NCBI GenBank assembly: GCA_964016885.1
Contig: OZ024740.1
Coordinates: 407,092,001-407,156,000 of the forward strand
Reading direction: 5' to 3'
Source of the DNA: Eledone cirrhosa
Taxonomy: Eukaryota
DNA length: 64,000 nucleotides
The position numbers and the translations under genes were made by a program. Below, piece after piece: positions 1-11,300 of this stretch. The notes under the pieces were generated by a model, which was not told where the DNA came from, searched no databases, and was given only the letters and a program-made list of their open reading frames with translations. Position 1 is the stretch's first letter. The number at the start of each line of letters is the position of its first letter.

Positions 1-719
<719 letters not shown>

Positions 720-919
720 NNNNNNNNNNNNNNNNNNNNNNNNNNNNNNNNNNNNNNNNNNNNNNNNNNNNNNNNNNNNNNNNNNNNNNNNNNNNNNNNN
801 NNNNNNNNNNNNNNNNNNNNNNNNNNNNNNNNNNNNNNNNNNNNNNNNNNNNNNNNNNNNNNNNNNNNNNNNNNNNNNNNNNNNNNNNNNNNNNNNNNNN
901 NNNNNNNNNNNNNNNNNNN
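720..919. other. assembly gap
   Basis: Run of 200 N. Confidence 0.99.
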
Positions 920-969
920 CCTCTGTTTTTCTGTCTCTCTCTGTAGATGTGTGTGTGTAGTTTTCCTAA

Positions 970-1034
<65 letters not shown>

Positions 1035-1132
1035 GTGTGTATATACTGAAGGGAGATACGGAAACTAAAACATAAAGAGAGTGAAGAGCGACAGAGAGTA
1101 AAGCAGTTAAATTATAGAGAGGGGGAATGATC

Positions 1133-1165
<33 letters not shown>

Positions 1166-1477
1166 AAGTATAGATATGTGTGTGTGTGTTTGTGTATGTA
1201 TATGTGTGTTTGTGTATCTGTGTATGTGCATGTGTGTCTGTGTGTTTTGTTTTGATGTATGTATTACCTGCTTGCCCGTCCCTCTGTTTCTCTTTACCTG
1301 TCTCTCTCTCCTCTCTCCTCTCTCTCTTTTTAGATGTGTGTGTGTACTTTTCCTAATCTGTCTCTTTCACTCTCTGTCTCTCTAAGAGGGTTGCCTTTTG
1401 ATGTATGTATTACCTGCTGTCATATAGAGAGTGAAGAGAGACAGAGAGTAAAGCAGTTAAATTATAGAGAGGGTGAA

Positions 1478-1521
<44 letters not shown>

Positions 1522-1745
1522 ACGATCAGCTTTATAATATTAGAGAGTGAAGAGCGACAGAGAGAGTAAAGCAGTTAAATTATAGAGAGGGGGAATGATC
1601 TATTATAGAGAGAGGGAAGAGCGACGGAGAGAGTAAATCTAAGAAACTATAGGGAGGTGTGTAGGATATATATATGTATGTATCCTACACACCTCCCTAT
1701 AGTTTCTTACATACACACGACACTCAGCTTTATAATATTATAGAT
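920..1745 (-). mobile_element. microsatellite-rich non-autonomous Helitron-like fragments with internal repeats
   Basis: Three copies of AGAGAGTGAAGAG(C)GACAGAGAGTAAAGCAGTTAAATTATAGAGAGGG (~1076, ~1426, ~1541). CAGCTTTATAATATTA..GA ends at ~1530 and ~1745 resemble the Helitron 5' end at 28745-28762. Confidence 0.5.
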
Positions 1746-1884
1746 AGTTACGGCACAGTAATCGTCTTCCCCTTCCCCCAAAATTGTTTGAGTTCAAATC
1801 CCGCCGAGGTTAACTTTGCCTCGATTAAATCGACCCCCCCAAAATTACTGGCCTTGTGCCTATACTAGAAATCATTATATAAAG

Positions 1885-2016
1885 AGTTATGACCCTTGCC
1901 ATTCTGAGTTCAAACCCCGCCGAGGTTAACTTTGCCTTTCATCCTAACGGGGTCGATAAAATAAAGTACCAGTAATGCACTGGGTAATTGCTGGCCTTGT
2001 GCCAAAAGTAGAAACA
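1885..2016 (+). mobile_element. tRNA-derived SINE family A, 5'-truncated
   Basis: B-box-like GAGTTCAAA, core CTTTGCCTTTCATCCT..GGGGTCGATAAAATAAAGTACCAG, tail GTAGAAACAATT. TSD ATTATATAAAG at 1874-1884 and 2017-2027. Confidence 0.9.
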
Positions 2017-3300
2017 ATTATATAAAGTATTCCTATTTATCCTAAACGGACGGTAGTCCGTTTAGTAATTTTGTTGTGGTCGTGTTTTCGTTGGCAATCG
2101 TCTGTTTACGACAGTACAGCGCGGCTCTACTTTATTTAACTGAGATAAAACTTATATGAGCATGAACAGTAGATCATTACGCATCTTTTGGCTTAAAAAT
2201 TTAGAAATTTGGTCCAGCGGGAAAAAGTTTATAATCAAAGTTTGCTGATAAATCTTGTGTTCAAGTGGGCGAGTAGTAAGCGTGACGCTAGGGGAGGTAA
2301 TCCAGAAATGACGACGTTTGGAAAATTTTAATTACTGCATGAAAGAAATGATTCAAAAATTGAACTTGCCCAATCTTCACAACATTGAAAATTGGTCAAA
2401 ATTTGACAAATCTGACTTCAAACCAGATATGATTCATTTGAACAATGTTGGAAATCTTAAATTGACACAAATTTTTGCCAATGTTTTTGCCACCTGATCC
2501 TTGTTCTATGGCTGACTGACTAATTTTGTGACTTAATAAAATGTCATCATACTAGTAATGCACAATGGTCATTTTTAAATTTAAATTTTATTAAATAGTT
2601 GTTGCTTGCATTGCCTTAAAATAGTAACAAGAATGTACACATACTTTTTAAAAATACATCATTATCAGTCAAATCAGTCAAATGTCACTAAAAGCCAGGT
2701 GGTCGATAACAACTTGTATAAGATTAGTTACATGCTCACACATTGGATCACCTCTCATCAATGGCATTGGGTGTCTGAGATAATCGTGGAGATAACTGAT
2801 GAAGTCATAAATGAAGTGATGGTCTTCCAGTGTGAACAACTCCCTATATCCATTGATATATGTGATGGCTTCCGATTCATAGGTGCATTTTATGAGGAAT
2901 TCCATGCATCCGATTTTCAATGGGCATTTTATCAGAGATGATAAGGTATTTGACCACGTTTTGCTTTGTAAGTAAATTGGAGAGAATCACTGCAGTCAAA
3001 GTCATTTCTTTGCATGGGTTTTTGTCCATTCTAAAAAGTTAAAATGATAAAGTATTACTACTATATAACTTACATCTATTGTTGTAACACCATTGAAATG
3101 CACAAGTTTCACCAATTCACTTATGCACTAATCATCTCAAATGCATTCATGATTTACTAGCTTTGTCATTAAGCCAGTTGCCTCAACTAGATTACAATTA
3201 TACTCAAAAGAACTTTAAAATGTCAATCACTTGTCAGTAATTCACTATGATCATTTAATTATTAGATAGTTGTTGCTTGCATTGCCTTAAAAAATAGTAG

Positions 3301-4395
3301 ACCAGATAGAAAAATGCGTACAGCAAAAAAAAGTAATATTGTTGGAATATAAACCTTTAAAAATACAGGACAAGAAACTAAAATAAAACTTTAAAAATAC
3401 AGGACAAGAAACTAAAATAAAACTTTAAAAGAATAGGACAAGAAACTAAGATAAAACTTTAAAGAATTGGACAAGAAATAAAAAAATTTACAATAATATT
3501 AGTGGCAAAATTTTTTTATTCGTTTCCTGTGCTATGCCCCAGTATCTTCTTGATTAGTGCATAATAATTGTCATGCTCTCATTGTGCGTTGCCTCTGAGC
3601 GGTTGGTTCTGGTTGGGGTTGGTTGGCTGAGCAGTTCTGCTCCGTCAGAATGACCATTGCAAGAAGAATTGGCCGATGCAGCTGCAGGTCTCCTCCAAGA
3701 ATGCACTTCTGGTCCCGCAACACCAGACGAAGATGGAGAAGACGACCGGGACAAGATGTCGACTCTGACCACCGACTACGGCACCTCCCTCAACCACCGG
3801 TCCTCCCTCCCTCTGTCCCGTCATCCCTCCAGTCCTCCTGCTCCCCCTTCCTGTACCAGAAAGCTGTGGCACGCATTCATCTGGACTGCCGGACTTGAAC
3901 TCAAGGACAAGATGCAAGGAGAAGATGGACGGGTTGGTCAAGATCAAGGATGAGCGGGACGACAAGACCGTCCGCTGCTGCTCAAGATCTGTGCTCATGG
4001 GCCCATGGGTCCATTCACATTATGCATGACACATGAGACGTGTCGCCGAATGATGAAATAGGGGTATGGTTATGGCCCAATAGGTGTTCAAACCAGGATC
4101 AAATGATCCCCCGGTCTGACGACGACTTCTGAATGTGGAACCCAGAGCCTATGAATGTGGAACTCGATTTTTTACCAATAAAAATGTTGCTACTAATATT
4201 ATTGTAAAATTTTTTTATTTCTTGTCCAATTCTTTAAAGTTTTATCTTAGTTTCTTGTCCTATTCTTTTAAAGTTTTATTTTAGTTTCTTGTCCTGTATT
4301 TTTAAAGTTTTATTTTAGTTTCTTGTCCTGTATTTTTAAAGGTTTATATTCCAACAATATTACTTTTTTTTGCTGTACGCATTTTTCTATCTGGT
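3301..4395. mobile_element. long-TIR (foldback-like) non-autonomous DNA element with GC-rich interior
   Basis: ~220-bp near-identical inverted repeats at 3301-3520 and 4177-4395, each holding ~4 copies of a 34-bp unit (core GGACAAGAAA). No clear TSD. Confidence 0.8.
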
Positions 4396-5138
4396 GTGAT
4401 ATATCCTTAGTAATATTAAAAAAAAAAAAATTTCCAAGATTATTTTCAGGACTAAACTAACCAATAATATGTATAATAAAGTGTACTAAATTTTATTGAA
4501 TATTACTGAATACTATGAAAAAAAAAAATCTGTCTGCTATTTGTCTTTTATTTTACTTTTTTTTGTTTCAGACCATAAAATTCCTTTAAAATAAGTGAAA
4601 TATCAGTTAAAAAAAAAAAAAAAATTCCCCCTTTCTCTCAGAAGTTCTAAAGAACTACGCAAATTATAATACAAATAACTGTACAAATAAGTGTTTCTAC
4701 TTTAGGCACAAGGCCAGCAATTACTCAGTGCATTACTGGTACTTTATTTTATGTACCAATAACGGAATTATATAAGTCGACAAAACTATTGAGAACATTA
4801 TCTAGAAAACTATTTTAACATTACACCGGTTACATATATAGTCTGCTATATAACATATAATTCTTTTAATAATAATTAACCTATTTTCAACTAGTTACAA
4901 CAAATCGAATGTTCATATCTTTTATAGAAATTGATCTTTCTGTAAAGTGGATAAGCATTAAAACACGGACAAGACAATTGCAACTATTCAACGATGCAAT
5001 TTAATCTTATTCTTGCTAGCTGTAACACGCGGTTATATGAAAACCGACACAGCGAAGATCTTATTTCCACTAATTCCCAATGTCAAAGTTAACACATTTC
5101 CATAACGACAGATAATCTGTTTTTTTTTTTAAATTTCA

Positions 5139-5396
5139 ATGCATCAAATTTCACGTCAGGTATTTAACCTGACTGGCCAATCGGCATTCAGGTTTCGGAG
5201 GACGTTCCCGGCAAAACAAAGGCATTACCTGTTGGTCAAACTGTCAACATCCTGTAACTGTTGTTATTGGTCTCAGAAAAGGACTTACACGACCAGGTCA
5301 TCCCAGTTATTCAGTTTAAATACAAACCCCATGGAACGTGTTCCTCTTAAAGAAATTTATTCAAGACGGCCACAAAATAATAAAAAGACTTACGAA
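5139..5396 (+). CDS. FPGS: FPGS exon 1 (leader plus second in-frame ATG at 5331)
   Basis: MHQISRQ...[24 protein letters not shown] followed by donor GTGAGT, phase 0. Joins to DAIKALN as in the family N-terminal motif (K)TYxDAxxALN. Confidence 0.85.
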
Positions 5397-8300
5397 GTGA
5401 GTAATAACATTGTTCTTATATCAATGCGGCTTTTATTGTTATAAATAGTTTTATAAAAGAAATGGGTGAGGTTTGACTATCTTGAAATAGTATGCTATAT
5501 TTTACTTCAATGTATTGCATAGTAGTAGTTATGTCATGTAAATTTATAGCACATTATAAGACTCAGCTTTAGCCCAGATAGAATAAACGTTTGACCGAAA
5601 GTACTCTAGCAATGCCCACCCCCCTTTTTTTCCGTGGGGACCATATGTATCAGAGAGTATTTCCAGTTTACTGTTAAATGTAATTTTAAAGATGATAGTT
5701 TCATTTAAGGGACATTGCGCTGCTATTTCTAACAAGTGACTAAAAAGTGGCTCTTGATATAGCATTCCATGTGTTCTCCTTTTTTACGGTGGTAGGCTAT
5801 GATTTACGGGGATCATGGCTTCTATTTTTGTCAGTCTTAGCGACTATGTATAAGTTTGTTTAGCCCCATATAAGCTCTGATCAATAAAAGAACTTCGTCG
5901 TTGCTTGAGCTGCTAGGTCATATCTAGGACACGTTAGATAATGAAGTCCTGTGTTCACTATGCCTCTGAAAAAGGCGGGACTGTCACAGCAGGAATGTCT
6001 CCTGGCTAGACTGGACGATGCATAGCTTCATTGCCATGTGTTTTGTGATCGATCTCACTTACGCGAGCCCTTAGACAGAACTCAATTAAGGTAGCAAGCA
6101 TATATTTACAGTTAGTGGCAAATACAATAAATAACATTACAATAAAAATATATATACAAATAATATATAAAATACTCCGAGTTTATCAATAGCTTGTAAG
6201 TGGAGTTAGGTAGACGGGGATTCTGCAGAAAGCCACTGTATTTATAATTAATAATCATTACGATGTTTTACGGTTAAAAACAAACAAACCCTGGCATCAA
6301 CGACATTCTCAACACGTGCTTGGTTGGTTTATTAAAAATACGCCAATTACTATTCAATGCAACCATTATATTTCGGAAATATAAAGGAAACCTATATATT
6401 TCCAGAAAGATCATGCATTATGTAATTCTAAATATGTAAGTTAATATGTTGTAGAAAGAAATAAGCCGAAGTTTAGGGCACACCCTTCTATCAGAGTACA
6501 CCGCCATGTCACTGCCATAGACCGTCGTAAAGACACGTGGTTAAGTGATTAGGATGTTCAGCTTACGATTGTAAGATCGTGAGATCGATTCTAGGCGGCG
6601 TGTTGTGTCCTTCAGCTGGCAAAAATTAGTCGTCCCTGTTACTCACTGTGTTTCCATGAATCTCCCTGAGAACTGTGTTAGTCCACGGACAGACTATTCC
6701 GTTGTACGTGGTCCAACACGTATCCCATACCAATAGCAGTGGAACTGGTGGGAGCATTTCCCCCATCTCTGCTCTTATATTATATTTGCTTATGCTTTCG
6801 TCCTATAAGCATTGTATTATTATATCTCTTTTTCTACAACAATATATATTTTTTGTATTCGTATTTTGTTGTGTAAATAACACTACAAATATTATAGTTT
6901 TCTCTCCAAAACACACATTTGTATATGCGCTACAATTTATGTTTATCGTATATCGAAGTTTTATATATCCTGGTTGATATTTGATAATAACAGCTCATAA
7001 TAAAAATTAAAAAAAGTATCTTTCTAAATTACTCAATACATGAACTCTATAGATAATGAACACAACCACAAGGATATGGTCCAAACGTGGAAGAGCCGAA
7101 CTCCCACTGTCACCGCCTCCATCTCTCTCGCCCTCCCCATCTCTCTGAGAGCAAATGGGTCCACGTGTTAGCCTCCCCACAGCCTAGGCGGACATTAAGA
7201 CCTTGTATTTACTTCACAAAAATGCACCCTTTCCTCCCATGGGATTTAATAACGACTAATAGAAAGGTTGGAGTGAGTTGTTATTGTTTTGCACACGAAG
7301 CGAGCGTATCCAAACACTTAACTTTTACGAGGGAGTATCTTCGTCGTCGTTCGACCTGCTAGAAACAGCAGTCAAAATATTCCTCAAACAACACTTGTCT
7401 GAAAATTTATTTCATAAATACATTACAAATCGTTTGCAATTCTTTCACAATGAAAATATAAACAGAGCATATAAATAAATTTACAGTAGAATAACATAAC
7501 AAATATGTTTTAAATATATACATAAATAACATTACAAATGCTTAGACAACATTATAAATAGCTCACGATACTTTCAGAAAGATATATTCTTTTAATGTTA
7601 CAATATTAAAGAAAATGTAAAGGAAGGGTGAATAACGGAGCCAACACCAGACCAAAAGACAAGCAACGTCGTGAGTACTGGGAAACCTCTCTAATGATTT
7701 TTGAAGCAAGCCAGCACACTCGCAGCGTTGCCGCGGGTAATGGCGAGGCTAATGCGCTGGAACAACCAAGCGCCCTCGCGAGATTCGCCAGTTACCTCTA
7801 TTAGGCGAGCCGCCAGTGAAGAGAGGAACCTCTCAGTCAGCGGCCCGACTCCCCCAACCGTCTCGAAAGAAACAGGCTGAAAAATGTAGCTGGCCGACTG
7901 TCACTTTTGGACAACCCACATGGTTCCAAGACTGAGGGGATATTCGTCCGGGCCAAAGCTCTCTTCAGAATGAGGTTAAGCTCCGTGTGACGCGCGAAGC
8001 GGCCGGCATTCAGGCCGCAAGAAAGACTGTGGAGTCAAGGAGTTTGCCGCATCGGCACCTCAAACCCATGCAGACGTCAGCTCCGACTCTGAGGGCGATG
8101 GAGACACGAAGTTCGTCCAGGCTGAGTAGGCCACCAACGTTGGCCACGGGTAGGGCATCAACCCAGTCGTCTGAGTATTAGGCACTGGCAGATAGTAAGC
8201 GGCACATTGCAAACTGATCTGACTGGACGAAGAGGGAGTCGAAGGTGGCCTTCGAACTTATGCTGTCCCAAGTTCTCTGACTTCGACTGTCCTCCACCTT

Positions 8301-11300
8301 CTCAGGAAGAGACAAGCCCAACTTACTCCATTGCTGGAGAGCTTCACCCAACTCCCTGTTGGAACTAGTCCATGTTAAAAAAGAATTTGTTGCGTAATAT
8401 ACTCCTAGATTTCCTGTGTATAGGAGGAAAACAACGGGATGGTCACGACTGGAATGCTTTTTATCGTACCTCTGTTCGATTTGAATTGACTGGCTAAACA
8501 ACAATCTTGCATAGAATTAATGTTAATCTTGAATGTGCAGCGAAATCTAAACAACTCATATTTACAGTTGCAACTGTCCTATTAATTGATAGTATGTAGC
8601 CCCAAGGTCAGCTATCATGAAAATATTACAGCTATGACCAGGGGCCTCGTTTGCCTTAAAAATGGGGTGGGGACAAACCAACATTTTTTTATTCTTAAGG
8701 AGCATAAATTGTTTATGGTGCCTTTCCCGGACCCTATCAAATAAGTAAAATTTTACGCTAATTAAATTTTATATATTCAAATGAAGTTCAGATATAAAAA
8801 AAATAAGCTTAAAAAGAATTTATTATATCAAATAAACAAAAAATAAAACATAGACGTTTGAAAAAGTGTGTGTGGGTGTGTGTGTTGGGGGGGGGGGGAG
8901 ACTTGTCCCCTGGTACTCCCCTGAGACAAGGCCCTTGGCTATGACCAAAGGGTAGTGCCGGATTTTCCATTGTGCTTAGGTGTGCACAGGGCCTCATTTT
9001 TTTTACGATGAATTTTTCAAATGTTTGGGGCCTCATAACTTAACATTTGTCCTAAATCTGGCACTACCAAAGGGTAATGTTTCCTGACATAATTCTGACA
9101 ACTGTGACTTTATAGATAGGAATTTGTGATGTTCATAACTTTTTAAGGTTATTTATAACTGAAGTGGGACAGCTACAACGTAAAGTGAAAGCCAAGTAAT
9201 ACTCAGTTTAGTAGTATCAATATTATTATATGCATACAAAAGTAACAATAAAATAATATTTGAAAAGCAACTTTTATTTGAATTGTATTGAATGTATCAC
9301 GCTCACTTTTTAACAAATGTTTTTGAATATATTAGTTTATCTTTTATTGTACGAATATATTATATTACTATTGCTCCAAATTATCGTGTTTTCCCTTTGT
9401 TGTTTAGCCAGGGAGGGAATAACAATACCTATGTTATGTTTCAAGGGATTAGTCCTATGACTAAATCTTGTAAAAGAATAAAACTACATTTTTTGAGTTG
9501 ATGAATTTTGTAAAGATATTACAGAGGATTACAATGATGCCAAAAGCTTCAGAGAACTGCTTTTGATCTATAATTTACTGTACTTTAGCTCCACATCCCT
9601 CTTCCCATCTGGGATGTAGAAGCACTTGAAGTGTAAGATAGTGGTCTCCATTAAAAGTATACAAGGGCCAGGTGGTGGTGTTAAGTCAGGTGACATATTA
9701 AATCTACCACCCAAATTGGTTACAACAGGATTTGAATTCAGAAAGCAAAGAATCAGAATAAATACTGCAAAACATCTCATCTGTTGTTCTAACAATTCTG
9801 CCAATATACTATCATAGAATTGTATTTTATTTTACCAAGCCCCAAAGCATTTTGTTCTACTAACTCTACTAATTCTTCACCTAAAACTTCATATGGATGT
9901 GTCAGCTGCTGGGGTTGACGTTAATGTGTAGAAATCTGTTTAACTCTTTCAAGACCACATTTCTAATGAGATTTGTTTTTAATTTACTCACTTCAAGCAA
10001 GGCAATAAAACCACAAAGATACAAGATGTTACTGAGAAGTAAAAAGGACAAGACAGAGATAACATAATTCAAGGAATGAGAAGATGACAATTGATGATGC
10101 ATTTGAATTATTGCCAGTTGTAGTAGTCAGGAAAGCCAGAAGCTGGAAGAGAATTCCATAGGTGAGATGTGCAAGGGAAGAGAATTCCATAGGTGAGATG
10201 TACAAGGGAAGAGAATTCCATAGGTGAGATGTGCAAGGGAAGAGAATTCCATAGGTGAGATGTGCAAGGGAAGAGAATTCCATAGGTGAGATGTGCAAGG
10301 GAAGAGAATTCCATAGGTGAGATGTACAAGGGAAGACACAATTAGAATGGAATTTATAATTGCAATTAGGAACTTCAACTTACAGTTGGATGAAACCTAG
10401 CTACCAATCTGGTGCTCTGTTTAACCCTTTAGCATTTACATTACTCTATATATACTATTGTATTTTCACAGTAAACACTTTATTTCACATAATTATCTCA
10501 CATAATATTAAATCTATGTGATTTTGATACTGTTTATTTTGAGAACAATACCTCAACATGAGTATGAGTGACTGTTTAGAGCCAGTTTGATCAGAAATAG
10601 GTGAGAAAATTCTGGCCGGATATGGCCAGTTTAAATGCGAAAGGGTTAAAGATGTGAAGACGAGGCAACAAAGAGGAAAGCTCAGCAGAACAATTCCCAT
10701 GAAAATATAGAAAAGTTTAGAGTAGCACATTTCAAAGGTGCGATTGTGATTGAAGCTGACATGATAAGTCAGGACCTATAATCTAGACCAAAGGTTCTCA
10801 ACCCATTTCAGCCAAAATCACGAAACGCCCCCTACCCTATTTTTCCATTTTTCAATATACTACTGATTTTGATATCAGTAGATTACTAAAAAATTGATCA
10901 ACGATATTCCAAAGATACCATTGCAGGCAGTTGAAAGTCATCATCATCATCATCAACGTTTAACGTCCATGTTCCACGCTTGCATGGGTTTGGACGGGGG
11001 TTTCCCCACTTGAGGCAAGAGTGATTATCTTGCTCGCATAGGACTATCTGGCGGGTTTTCTACAGCTGGATGCCCTTCCTAACACCAACCACATTTACAG
11101 TGTGGGGCTGGGAGGTTTTTACCGTGTTGCCTACACGGCCACATTACAGCGTGGACTGTCTGGCGGGTTTTCTACAGCTGGATGCCCTTCCTAACACCAA
11201 CCACATTTACAGTGTGGGGCTGGGAGGTTTTTACCGTGTTGCCTACACGGCCACATTACAGCGTGAACTGTGTGTTTTTTGACGTGACACCTACACGATC

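Noticed and set aside
3623-3998. Overlapping ORFs in the TIR element interior as a host gene
   Set aside because: No recognisable domain, and open frames are expected from the GC-rich composition; kept only as unexplained cargo.
10146-10331. 31-bp repeats as a CRISPR array
   Set aside because: Contiguous units with no spacers, no cas genes, and a eukaryotic intron context.
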